Source: an uncultured Treponema sp. (GTDB lineage Bacteria; Spirochaetota; Spirochaetia; Treponematales; Treponemataceae). Taken from it: a stretch of DNA of 64,000 bases. Positions 48,301 through 57,430 of this stretch are shown one piece after another (position 1 is the first letter of the stretch; each line of letters opens with the position of its first letter). The notes below the pieces were generated by a model. It was not told the DNA's origin, did not search any database, and worked only from the letters and a program-made list of their open reading frames with translations. The stretch covers positions 587 to 64,586 of the forward strand of contig CAMPAL010000002.1 in NCBI GenBank assembly GCA_946631855.1, read 5' to 3'. Both the position numbers and the translations under genes were made by a program.

Positions 48301-51023
48301 CTGATCAAAACGAAATACTTTCTTTAGTTTGTGGAATTGCGACAATTGAATCTCATTATACTTTAGGTGAGGGATTGATTTTAACTCCAAAGTATGAATG
48401 GCATCATAGAAGGAGAAGGCACTGGTGTCATCATCACTGTAGCAGATGGAGAGAAACATATTATGTTTGGGAAAAGGGGTTAGGATATTTCCCAACTTAT
48501 GAATTATACTTCCATCCAAATAAAATAAAATATAATTTACCTGGAATTGGACTTTTGGATAGAGAGTTTAAAGGAAGTGATGCATATAGAAACAAAGATT
48601 CTTCAAACATTATTGAAAGATACAATTTGGATACAAGAACTCATTTTGAAAATATTGCATTAGGAAATAACGCACCGGAACTTTTCCCATTTACAACCTC
48701 GTTTATGGAAAAATATGGGGAAAGAACAACTATAGCAAGCCCTGGTTATACAAATAGGCATGGAGAGAGAGTTTATGAAAACCTGCCAATTTTACATACG
48801 AAAGGTTTCTTCTTTGGAAATATTGCAGAATCTTTTGCAACAGATGGGTATGTAAAACAGGTAGTTGAGGTAGCTCCTTATATAAAAAATTATTTAGGAA
48901 AGGCATCTTTTACGGATGTTGTTTTACAAGGGGGAGCAGGAATGAGTACAGGAGATGTTGTTTATAGTTTGGACAATAGAAATATTGACATACGATATTT
49001 TGCAACTTACCCTCTCTGGAAAATTTCTCAAACAAAAAGAAACGATGAACTCACGAATTTCTTTAATAATATTTTCAAAGGAAAAGCAATTCAGGTTTAT
49101 CAAGATAACACAGGCACGCATAGAGTTTGGTATGATCCAATTGATCACTTTGATGTTTTCTTAGATACAATTACTCAGCAAATTGCATGGCTTGAGGAAT
49201 TCAATGAATACGCAAAGACTTATCTGAGAGATTATTTAATAAGAGAACTTTATAAAAAATCAATTGATAAACATACGCAGGAAATTATTGAAAAAGCATA
49301 TAATCGAGAAACATATAATTCAGGCTGGACTGATTCTTATACGGAGGATGTTTGCTATGATGATGCTTTGTTTATAGCAAGAAGTGTTTTTTTCCAAACT
49401 ATGGATACAGAAAAAAACACTATAAGTGAAAAGCTTGAACAAAGAATTAAGTACTTCAAATCTATTAAAGTTGCTGTACAAAATTTGAGAGATAATTTTA
49501 GCAATGCTCCAAAAGAATCCACAATCAAATTTATGATTCTTGTTTCGAATATGTATGCTATTTTACAAACGGCAACAACGAATGGAGTAAACGCGGTAAC
49601 GACTTTATTTGATGAAAATGGGAATTACAATTTAAATGCTTCCGTTTTTGAAGTAAATGAAAGCTCAACTTACGATGTATTAAATAATCCTGCAGCTATT
49701 GTTTGGGCATATATAAATGTTTTGTATCAAGTAAGAAAATATTGGGCAAATTTAAGATTTAATAAACGCAATGGTTCTTATTGGTTTTTAAGAAGTTTGG
49801 AAAGGGTTTTGGTATATATTAAAGCTGATAGTAAAGCAAGTGACACAAGTCAGACTGTAAATAAAAATATCCCAACAGGTGCAAGTCCAACTTTGAAGAA
49901 AAAGAAAATTCATTTCGTACAGGCAAGGGAGACTTTTACAGAAAGAGTAAACAGTGAAGCATCAGATGTTTCAATGACAAATGCGGTTTATGTAAAAGTT
50001 GATTACTTGAATAATCTAAACCCAACATCTTCAAATAAATACAATTCTGAAACTGGTTTATATGATGGGTATGAAATTGTTTATGTTGATGAAGTTTACA
50101 AATGGGCATATAAGCCAAAAGATGGGTTGTATTATGTAATGAGTAAAGAGATTTTACAAAGAATTAAAAGCTTCTCTGAAGAGATGAAAGCCGTTTATAC
50201 TCAGATAAATTTGAAGGTTTATACCCCAACTGAAGAAGATATTCTTGCTTTGAAAACTTTAGGAGAAGATTTCAGCGATTTTGAAATTGACGGTGAAAAA
50301 GATTTGGAAGCTTATTTGGCTGAATGTAAAAAAGAAGATTCCAAAACTTCCACCTCAAACAGAACTGAAAGATTTGTAAAATTACAAAATACACTCGCAA
50401 AATATAAAGTGGATTTTTATGACAAAAAAATTAAAGATTTACTTTTCCCTGTTTATATTAGATGGGCAGTTGCTCATGTTTGGACAGGTATAGATGAAAA
50501 AGACGCGAAAGGTAATTGGCATATTGATGAAAATCAAAAAAGAATTACAACAGGGGTTACAAGAACGGTAACTGATCCATATAATAATGTTATAGAAAAA
50601 ACAAATCCAATTTCAGCAGGTATTACATTTAATGTTTCAGCTTCAATAAATCCTGAAATTTTAACAGGAAACCCTGAAATGTTAAAACAAAGTTCTTTAT
50701 TAGAGATTTTGTGTTCTTCTGTAAATACAATGGATTTGTGGAGAATTGAAATCCCTGAGCAAGAGGATATTCCAACTTATTTGTTGAACAATGAGCCTGT
50801 TTTGGTGCCAGCTTATCAAATGGATGCAACTTTACAACCATTTACAGCTGCAAGGCCAATTCCAAATATTCAATCTGTACTTGCAGGAGTAAATAACACT
50901 TTACTTCCAATTCAAGAGGCATCTTTGGATATGATGACTTTGGGAAGTATGGCTGCATTAGGGGAATTGAAAGATATTTCTCAAGCAGGAATTCATTTAC
51001 CAGGAGAAGGTCCAAAGGATTGA
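45342..51023 (+). CDS. very large hypothetical (probable virion) protein
   Basis: 1893-aa ORF upstream of the terminase, preceded by the ACTAAATT motif. Confidence 0.7.
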   Translation: MYRIEDILEVSKIQRQGFDNFTKVHTDTKGNATVTEYEILTEKNIPTSFKTASQLGYIARNEVKNEDIPEQSASTLGTMMSPPSDRYTTIITEEGQDVADQISNLATKQFIQQFYETYMVPVGQMDVYNRLGTISGVIEDIHMLYPKGLPGLIGSDLRGSWRTNLNYEFKVNEGVKNSKGNDIQYKYSSLSFPPFISHEVADAADFGLDDAEGNQAHGEFDMENILYKRNVGTYRFPAFKQVNDNIRILQYFLNRCFGIESTYLSEWDLSMYMQEGLCSFTEYKSDDGKETLRVPEYVTTLTYGLLEDAPIEELKKQAENSASSVSFDISKITPFASINMAVSSRYGIDNEPQGSQCNEQMYNINQFPLSTYWYPFDDGTNDDEMNLPRYIKRMLGFEDNGLAYANSIPDGVDGPKPMSEGLNPSNRNYTGKLFYGGDLANSTKSFLYILNYFDCRKALMSGWLGVDETGKQLLRDSDTTNHNYKSNAFSYLPYWRLFYSSEGDGMDDLDLYHQEIIASGQETSIINAAQKILDIKAGDNEQFQEYCESKRKENLEKKYPGTRFDDDIPFNMTLPNNPGEDNYSDMSFKIAGCKLKIPGSKLLNMFLNKNKSAKKAQGMAGSISIDGTSNGNSKSPTGILANAKPTVKGEKKTIYVNGVPQDVEEYYPDNDDDFSDKKTVGDGLIESSPFLFGGPHGKYFSPLTVEGYTQALNENLTTIPTMDVWSMFYGGIYNNLRGFEFTKNFKNSGSYIDLVTAVTPNEREAVCNASQQFGVKFKSNTEVKVVYKSNYFYPKYIASSNEYISNWGIFKIPDFRYYKTFKRRVSSGWRNRFSFWDWDWVFWARRYWQANYSSTRMETRMEDDVPFQKDDDHTDFKLIPVIDKFAQGHASSDSEIRTHIKHDDKKYKDPEYYKEKGEVSAYVKYLVTPHDSNTMCGQATLNYGLKLPYRHYSSYFVKGSEWNTKLEKLYQSGYRNIWCTLPITGKSDQNEILSLVCGIATIESHYTLGEGLILTPKYEWHHRRRRHWCHHHCSRWRETYYVWEKGLGYFPTYELYFHPNKIKYNLPGIGLLDREFKGSDAYRNKDSSNIIERYNLDTRTHFENIALGNNAPELFPFTTSFMEKYGERTTIASPGYTNRHGERVYENLPILHTKGFFFGNIAESFATDGYVKQVVEVAPYIKNYLGKASFTDVVLQGGAGMSTGDVVYSLDNRNIDIRYFATYPLWKISQTKRNDELTNFFNNIFKGKAIQVYQDNTGTHRVWYDPIDHFDVFLDTITQQIAWLEEFNEYAKTYLRDYLIRELYKKSIDKHTQEIIEKAYNRETYNSGWTDSYTEDVCYDDALFIARSVFFQTMDTEKNTISEKLEQRIKYFKSIKVAVQNLRDNFSNAPKESTIKFMILVSNMYAILQTATTNGVNAVTTLFDENGNYNLNASVFEVNESSTYDVLNNPAAIVWAYINVLYQVRKYWANLRFNKRNGSYWFLRSLERVLVYIKADSKASDTSQTVNKNIPTGASPTLKKKKIHFVQARETFTERVNSEASDVSMTNAVYVKVDYLNNLNPTSSNKYNSETGLYDGYEIVYVDEVYKWAYKPKDGLYYVMSKEILQRIKSFSEEMKAVYTQINLKVYTPTEEDILALKTLGEDFSDFEIDGEKDLEAYLAECKKEDSKTSTSNRTERFVKLQNTLAKYKVDFYDKKIKDLLFPVYIRWAVAHVWTGIDEKDAKGNWHIDENQKRITTGVTRTVTDPYNNVIEKTNPISAGITFNVSASINPEILTGNPEMLKQSSLLEILCSSVNTMDLWRIEIPEQEDIPTYLLNNEPVLVPAYQMDATLQPFTAARPIPNIQSVLAGVNNTLLPIQEASLDMMTLGSMAALGELKDISQAGIHLPGEGPKD

Positions 51024-51046
51024 CACCCTCTTCACTAAATTAAAAT

Positions 51047-52618
51047 ATGCAGGCAAAAATTATAAGGAGATTTACCAGAAGAGTTTATAGTAATTACGGG
51101 GTTGGAAACTATACCCCGTCTGTAGACAATTTAAATCCTCAAAACCCGAGTGAACTTGAAGGTCAATTAGAGGATATGGTAACCAATGTAAAAGAAAGAG
51201 TTGTTAATGCATATGAAAAAGCAGGAGTTGAACCTCCAAATTATTTATTTGATTCTGAAGGAACAAGCCCGACTGCTGTTTTAGGAGCCATTGGAGATTT
51301 ATTAAATAGAGCAAAAATGGGAAACAATCCTTTGGCAGATTTGGTACAATTAGGAATCCCGGATTTAAAACCTTTCTTAACTGACCCTGAGGATGCGGAT
51401 AGAATATTGGGCAATCCTTTGGTTTTGGATTGTGAAGGTGTTGAAAAAACTCTTTTGGCAACATCTTATGCAAATGATGAAGAAGATATAAACTATGAAG
51501 GAGATTCTGATAATGAAGGGGAAGATTCTTCAGATGAAGATGATTCAGGAGATAGTTCTTCAGAGGAAGAAAACTCTGATGGAGAAAAAAAGTTTAAAAT
51601 CACTTATGTAGTTGAAAATGGAACAAATCCAAACAACCCTGAAGAATATGGAAGCAGCGATTGTCCTTTTACTCTTGCACCTGCTATAGCAAATGAAGGT
51701 TATAAATTCAAAGGTTGGTTTTCCAGTTCACTTTATATTGAAGAAATAACCGAAGTGAGTGACATGCAAAAAGATATAACTTTGTATGCTAAAATTGAAA
51801 AACAGGATGATGATTTACCTAAAGACGATGAAGATGATGATCCAGGTCCAGATTTAAGTTTAGGTGATAGTGATGATGACGGCAGTGAATGTGATAAGAT
51901 TGAGCTGGTTTGGTTAATGATAATAATGATTATTGTTGTTATTGTTCAAATTTTAATTAAAGTTTTAATTTTAGTTTATAATATACAAAAAGTAAAAGCC
52001 GACATTTTGAAAGAAGCTCAACTCTGCTGGATAAACCCTCCTGTTTTAGAATCAATGATTGCTTATATAATTCAAAGACTTTCAGCGCTTATTTTTAGCT
52101 TGATTGGAATAATTTTTGCAAAACTCTGGGCTATGTTAAATATGGATTGTGTAGTTGACTCTGTAAATGATATGGTTGATCAAATTAACTCAATCATAAG
52201 TTCAATAACCTCTACTTTTGGAGAAATAGATGGATTAGCTCTTAATTTAAAAGCTTTAGGGGATAGTGAAGGGGGAGGAATTTTAGATGCACTTAAACGT
52301 ATGAAAGAGCAAATGATAAATCAAGTTGAGGAATTTAAAAAGAACTGGAGTATTGAAAATCTTTCAAAACAAATAACAGACTCTTTAGGAGGAGCTGCAG
52401 CGGAATGGCAGATTTTATTAACAAATCCTGATTTACTTTATGATCAGGCTGTACCTCCTGAAATTCAACAAAAAGTACAAAGCTTACTTGATTCTTACCA
52501 AGCGACTATGAATAATATTGATTCAATGACAAGTACATATAACAAAATGTCAAAGAGTGTTGGAGAAGCAATACAAGGTGATAATTTGAAGAATGTAGGA
52601 AAGAGAATTTTCTCTTGA
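51047..52618 (+). CDS. protein with InlB B-repeat-like domain, acidic tracts and hydrophobic helices
   Basis: FKITY..NGTNP..TL..EGYKFKGWF..KDITLYAK repeat motif; LVWLMIIMIIVVIVQILIKVLILVY segment. Confidence 0.65.
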   Translation: MQAKIIRRFTRRVYSNYGVGNYTPSVDNLNPQNPSELEGQLEDMVTNVKERVVNAYEKAGVEPPNYLFDSEGTSPTAVLGAIGDLLNRAKMGNNPLADLVQLGIPDLKPFLTDPEDADRILGNPLVLDCEGVEKTLLATSYANDEEDINYEGDSDNEGEDSSDEDDSGDSSSEEENSDGEKKFKITYVVENGTNPNNPEEYGSSDCPFTLAPAIANEGYKFKGWFSSSLYIEEITEVSDMQKDITLYAKIEKQDDDLPKDDEDDDPGPDLSLGDSDDDGSECDKIELVWLMIIMIIVVIVQILIKVLILVYNIQKVKADILKEAQLCWINPPVLESMIAYIIQRLSALIFSLIGIIFAKLWAMLNMDCVVDSVNDMVDQINSIISSITSTFGEIDGLALNLKALGDSEGGGILDALKRMKEQMINQVEEFKKNWSIENLSKQITDSLGGAAAEWQILLTNPDLLYDQAVPPEIQQKVQSLLDSYQATMNNIDSMTSTYNKMSKSVGEAIQGDNLKNVGKRIFS

Positions 52619-52638
52619 AAAAAAAGGAAAGGCAAAAA

Positions 52639-53238
52639 ATGGAAGGATTAAATTACAACCCAAATAATTATTTAAAATTTGACAACAACTTTGCACCTAT
52701 TTTCAAGGATGCTTTAGCTGGAGATCCAAAAGCGTTAGACTTACCTGAAATAAGGTCTTTAGGTATGGACAATTTGAAAAAAGCTTTGCAATGGTTACAG
52801 CAAAATGATTTGAATACAGATTATAAAGATTTGTTGATGAGAGAAGGCTGGAGATTAGCTTATAAAAGAAAACCGCCGACTCCTGAAGAATATTTAACAC
52901 CTGAATGGATTGGAGTACAAGCTGAAGGACTTTGGCCAAATGTAAAAAAGGCGTTTCTAGAGTTTATGGACCCAAACCCGTTAAATCCAAAAAGAGGGCT
53001 TGCTTTGTCAACATCGATCGGGTGGGGAAAATTTCAAGGATACGATTCCAATATTATTATAGATAAGAAAATAAAAATCGAACTCGAAGATGGTACAAAA
53101 TTAGAGATTCCATCTGACGAAACTTTAAGAGTGTTGAAAAAGGGGGAATATATAAAAATTAAGGCAAATCAATTATTAAAAATGGATTTAAGTGATTTAG
53201 ACTTACCCCAACCAATGATTAAAAAATATACTAAATAA
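52639..53238 (+). CDS. terL: terminase large subunit piece 1 (to Walker A Lys) fused to split-intein N fragment
   Basis: KPPTPEEYL..LWP..LSTSIGWGK followed at 53032 by FQGYDSNIII, an intein block A-like sequence at the GK/S P-loop site. Confidence 0.75.
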   Translation: MEGLNYNPNNYLKFDNNFAPIFKDALAGDPKALDLPEIRSLGMDNLKKALQWLQQNDLNTDYKDLLMREGWRLAYKRKPPTPEEYLTPEWIGVQAEGLWPNVKKAFLEFMDPNPLNPKRGLALSTSIGWGKFQGYDSNIIIDKKIKIELEDGTKLEIPSDETLRVLKKGEYIKIKANQLLKMDLSDLDLPQPMIKKYTK

Positions 53239-53243
53239 AATAT

Positions 53244-54083
53244 ATGATTTACAATATTTTAAACATAAAAGAATTAAAATGGGATTTTCAAAAATACGAA
53301 GATTTGATTTTCTTTTACAAAAAAATTCAAAAATCTTTTTACAAAGAAAATTCCATTTATACTGAAGAACATCATATTTTACCAAAGCATATGGGAGGAG
53401 AAAATACAAAAGATAATTTAATTGAATTGCCGTGGATGATACATATTTTGGCGCATTTTCTTTTGGCAAAACAATTAGAAAAAATTGACAAACAAGCTTC
53501 TATAAAAAATCTTTATGCAGTAAGAATGATCTTAAATCAAGACAAAGTTGAAAACATTCAAGAATTAAAAAAGATTGCAGAAATAAAAGCAATAGAATTA
53601 GAAACAAAAAATAAGTTAAATTGCAAAAAAATTTATATAAAAAAAGAAGGCGAAAAAACAATTCAAATTTTTGAAGATGATTTACCGGAATATGAAAAAT
53701 TAGGATGGGTAAAAGGCAGGGCTTTCAAAGCTCCTCCAAAAGGGTCTGTTTGGGTAAATGACGGTAAAAAAAGCTATCAAATAAAAAAAGAAGAATTGGA
53801 ATCTTATTTAGCAAGGGGATTTCAAAGAGGAATGTTTCAAACAAAAAGAATGAAAGAATATAGCCATGTTTCCCCTATAACTACAAAAGGGTGGAAATGG
53901 GTTTTTAAGGATGAAGAAAGAAAATTGATTGAGCCTAAAGATTTAGATGAATTTCTAAAAGAAGGTTGGGTTTTAGGAAGCAATTTAAGTCCTATAAAAG
54001 GAAAAAAAGGATTTAATAACGGAAAAATAAATATTTTTGCAAAAGAATGTCCAAAAGGATTTAAGGAGGGCTGGATTCAATGA
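53244..54083 (+). CDS. free-standing HNH homing endonuclease
   Basis: EEHHILPKHMGGENTKDNLIELPWMIHILAH plus repeated W-x-N/K-D..GW/F-x-x-G DNA-binding modules; sits between two halves of an intein. Confidence 0.85.
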   Translation: MIYNILNIKELKWDFQKYEDLIFFYKKIQKSFYKENSIYTEEHHILPKHMGGENTKDNLIELPWMIHILAHFLLAKQLEKIDKQASIKNLYAVRMILNQDKVENIQELKKIAEIKAIELETKNKLNCKKIYIKKEGEKTIQIFEDDLPEYEKLGWVKGRAFKAPPKGSVWVNDGKKSYQIKKEELESYLARGFQRGMFQTKRMKEYSHVSPITTKGWKWVFKDEERKLIEPKDLDEFLKEGWVLGSNLSPIKGKKGFNNGKINIFAKECPKGFKEGWIQ

Positions 54084-55114
54084 AAATTAAAAAAGTTGAT
54101 TTTGAATATACATATAAGAAAATGGGAGAATTAAAAACAGGAGATGAAGTTTTAGGGCCAGGAGGAGAAAAACATAAAATCCTCGAAATTTATGAACAAG
54201 GCCAACAAGATTTGTATAAAATTACATTATCAGATGGAAGGAGTTTTGAAGCTGGGTTAGATCATTTAACAACTGTACATTTTAGAAACTCTCATGTACG
54301 CCCTGATAAAAAAGTTTATGATACATTAACTACAAAATATATAATGGAAAATCTAAATAAATATTTATTTGAAATTCCTACAGATGAAACATTTTCTTGG
54401 AGTGAATTAGATTATCCTCAATTTTTAGAAATGTTACCGTGTCATGAATATGAACCTATAGACGAAGAGTTTATAATTCCTGATTTAAAAAAAGATTCTA
54501 ATAAAATATATATTGAAAAAATTGAAAAAATACCTGAACAAAAAAACTGCAGATGTATTGCGCTTGATTACCCCTGGGGTTTGTATTTAACAGAAAAAGG
54601 TATAGTGACTCACAACTCTCTTTTAAGTAACCTTTGCGTTTCTTATGATATGGTTTTATTCTGTTTAATGAGAGAACCTTTTAGGCAACTCGGACATTCT
54701 CAACCTGTATATGAAAAAGTAAAATTACCTAATGGAAAATACACAACAATTGAAGATTTGAAAATTGGAATGGAAATAGCAGGAGTAACTCAAGAAGTTT
54801 CAAAAGTAATTGATATAATTGAGCAAGGTGAAAAAGAAACATATGAAATTACTTTTGAAAAAGGGCAGAAGGTAAGATGCTCTTTGGATCACCTTTGGAC
54901 TGTTTTTGATTCAAAAGAAGAAAAATATAAAGTAATGAAAACTGAAGAAATTTTCAAGGATTTAGAAAGATATTTATTTCCTGAAGAAGAAGATTGTAAA
55001 AAAGATTATTTGGAGATTTTGAAAGCTGAAGCGGAATTTGAGAAAACTAATTCTTTTGGAGGAAAGATAATTGAATTTAAACGCGGTTTTGAAAGAATTA
55101 CAAAACGAGAATAA
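54080..55114 (+). CDS. terL: terminase piece 2: intein 1 C fragment + 27-aa extein + intein 2 N fragment
   Basis: MGELKTGDEV..YKITLSDGR..DHL..CRCIAL..IVTHN (ends 54616) / SLLSNL..RQLGH (54617-54697) / SQPVYEKV..CSLDHLWTV with no second HN terminus. Confidence 0.85.
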   Translation: MKIKKVDFEYTYKKMGELKTGDEVLGPGGEKHKILEIYEQGQQDLYKITLSDGRSFEAGLDHLTTVHFRNSHVRPDKKVYDTLTTKYIMENLNKYLFEIPTDETFSWSELDYPQFLEMLPCHEYEPIDEEFIIPDLKKDSNKIYIEKIEKIPEQKNCRCIALDYPWGLYLTEKGIVTHNSLLSNLCVSYDMVLFCLMREPFRQLGHSQPVYEKVKLPNGKYTTIEDLKIGMEIAGVTQEVSKVIDIIEQGEKETYEITFEKGQKVRCSLDHLWTVFDSKEEKYKVMKTEEIFKDLERYLFPEEEDCKKDYLEILKAEAEFEKTNSFGGKIIEFKRGFERITKRE

Positions 55115-55541
55115 ATGTACAATTATAAATTCGGGAACAACCTCTTTAATTGAAGTTACAGAGGCTCAGCTTGAAAATTTTCGTATTCAAAAAAGTGATG
55201 TATGCTTTGATGTGAAACAAGAGATTAAGTTTAAGTTTCCAGGTGAATTTGAAGTGGAGTTGGCATATGTAGAAGATGATGATTTAGATTACAAAGAAAC
55301 TGTTTACGGGTTGTATATTATTTACAAATTGTCAGAAGAATGTACTTCCGCAGAATTCCAAAGAGCTGCACCTGGAAAAGTAATTACAATGTTAGGTAAA
55401 AAGAGGCTAGGAAAAAAGGATAAATATAATAAACTCGGGGAAAGCAGATTTATTGAGAGAAAAAGGAAAACTCCTGAAGGGTATTTTGCAAGAAAAGCTT
55501 TAGCAAATAGAAAAAAATTGGAAGAGGGAGATTTAAAATGA
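55071..55541 (+). CDS. hypothetical protein
   Basis: 156-aa ORF, TTG start after GGAGG. Confidence 0.55.
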   Translation: MNLNAVLKELQNENKCTIINSGTTSLIEVTEAQLENFRIQKSDVCFDVKQEIKFKFPGEFEVELAYVEDDDLDYKETVYGLYIIYKLSEECTSAEFQRAAPGKVITMLGKKRLGKKDKYNKLGESRFIERKRKTPEGYFARKALANRKKLEEGDLK

Positions 55542-56293
55542 CAATTGAAAAAGCATTTAAAGTTTTAGAAAAAAATGGTTTTATGGAAGAAAATTCCTCT
55601 GGAATTCAACTTGCAAAATTACCTAGACTAAAAGGTTTTCCGGAAGGTGTTGATTTAGAGAATTGGGAAATAGAGAAAAATATTTGCATTACAAGAGATG
55701 ATGAAAAAGAGCAGAGTGTAACTTTTGGAATTTGGGCAGGAGGGGATTGGCAGGAGATGACTTACATGAATATTGTCGTTCCTGAAAATAAAAAACCTTA
55801 CATTGTACCTTTTGATAGCTTTGAATCAGTAACTCGCGGAGATGTAATGACTGTAAAAGAATTTGAAAAGAAGAAAAAAGATTATTTGAAGAATAAAAAG
55901 AAAAGCGAATCTGTACTTAGAGAGTCTGAAGCTGATTATGACCCTGAACTTGATTTACAAGATGATTGGGTTCTTGTAGCTGAAAAGTTTTTTCCTGAAG
56001 ATGATTACATTGTAGATATTTTGCCAACTCTTAGAGATGATTTGTTTGATAAAAAACATTGGATGGGTTTGACAAATTCAAATGGTGAAGTTGCTTTTGA
56101 TTGGAGATATGCAGGTTTGGAGGATTTTGATAAACTTTCAACTTTAATTCACGAAATGATTCACGTAAAAGTTTTATTTGAAACAGGTAAATTAAAACCA
56201 AATGGAAAATCCCACGGCCCTGAATTTGTAAAAATAATGAATGAATTGAATGCAAAAAGTAAAGGCAAATTCAAGGTAGTTACAGGTGAATGA
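55538..56293 (+). CDS. SprT-like zinc metalloprotease domain protein
   Basis: TLIHEMIH and SHGPEF..M..LN motifs. Confidence 0.8.
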   Translation: MTIEKAFKVLEKNGFMEENSSGIQLAKLPRLKGFPEGVDLENWEIEKNICITRDDEKEQSVTFGIWAGGDWQEMTYMNIVVPENKKPYIVPFDSFESVTRGDVMTVKEFEKKKKDYLKNKKKSESVLRESEADYDPELDLQDDWVLVAEKFFPEDDYIVDILPTLRDDLFDKKHWMGLTNSNGEVAFDWRYAGLEDFDKLSTLIHEMIHVKVLFETGKLKPNGKSHGPEFVKIMNELNAKSKGKFKVVTGE

Positions 56294-56612
56294 AAAAAAA
56301 AAGAACCCTAATTGATTATATTCATAAAGGAGTATAATTAAAAAAAATGAGTTATAAAGAATTTTGCAAACAAAACTGCATGACTGAAGATGAGATTGGA
56401 AAATTTACAGAATGGTTGGAAAAGCGCAAAGATAATTTAGAGCCGCGGTCTATACAAAATTGGCTGTATTTATTTAATACTTTTTTTGACAATTTGTGAA
56501 GATTTCCTTTTTTTCGATTTCCTATATTATTAAAAATACAGGAAGAAAAATGAAAAAAGATACATAGCCTCCTGTTATTAAAAAAAAATTTTACGGGAGG
56601 ATTTTTTTATAT

Positions 56613-57383
56613 ATGAGTCGTAGCTATAAAAAACATAATTTTCGTACAATTACAGTAAAAGATGACGGAGATGCAGAGTTCCGCCGTTTGTATCATAGAG
56701 CTCGCAGAAGAAGTGACAAACAGCTTTTGCATGAATGCGAGAATTACTATAAAGATTGCAAACTCTTCAAACCTTATAAAACCACTTGTTTTTTGAACGG
56801 AGAAGTTTGCGATATTGATACAGATGCTTATTATTTAGATTTGAGAGATCCTCACGACAGAGAGATTTACAAAAACAACCTTGTAAACCCTGAAGAGATT
56901 TTAAACAACGTAAATGAAAAACGTCTCAATAAATGCATAGGCTGCAACTGGTCAGAGAATTGCTGGGATAAAAGTGAATTCATTGATCAGTGGAGTTTAA
57001 GTCCTGATGAAAAAATCAATATGAATAATATTGACAGAAACAAAGCTCTCGCAGACCCCTGGAGTTGGCCAAGTGATGGAGGTGTTTATTACAACGGAAA
57101 CAAAAACTCCATAAGAGAGGAAATAGAAAAAGAGTTTTTCGGCTTGCATATTTCCTATAGAAATAGAATTTGGATGCGTAAAGAAAAGAGAGATATTTGG
57201 TTTGAGTATCAGAAAAATTCACAACCAAAAGCTTATCTTACAAAATGGGGTTGGTTTGAAAGGCTTTTCATTTTCGGTTTGATTCCAAAAACCTTCAAAA
57301 AGCCTGAAGAACTTGTTGAATGGTTTCGTGAAAATGAAAACAAAATTGTTGATTTTTCCTGGAAGTGGGCATTGAGAAAGTGA
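56613..57383 (+). CDS. hypothetical phage protein with basic MSRSYKK N-terminus
   Basis: 256 aa; GGGAGG RBS inside a hairpin; promoter motif at 56521. Confidence 0.7.
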   Translation: MSRSYKKHNFRTITVKDDGDAEFRRLYHRARRRSDKQLLHECENYYKDCKLFKPYKTTCFLNGEVCDIDTDAYYLDLRDPHDREIYKNNLVNPEEILNNVNEKRLNKCIGCNWSENCWDKSEFIDQWSLSPDEKINMNNIDRNKALADPWSWPSDGGVYYNGNKNSIREEIEKEFFGLHISYRNRIWMRKEKRDIWFEYQKNSQPKAYLTKWGWFERLFIFGLIPKTFKKPEELVEWFRENENKIVDFSWKWALRK

Positions 57384-57389
57384 AAAAGA

Positions 57390-57416
57390 AAAAACCCTCT
57401 AAAAATGAGGGTTTTT
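57390..57416. terminator. bidirectional terminator
   Basis: AAAAACCCTC...GAGGGTTTTT between convergent genes. Confidence 0.7.
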
Positions 57417-57430
57417 AATTTTTTAACAAA

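Noticed and set aside
53239-54083. Group I intron around the HNH gene
   Set aside because: Only 5 bp separate it from the upstream ORF and it overlaps the downstream ORF, leaving no obvious room for a ribozyme core; intein motifs explain the break.
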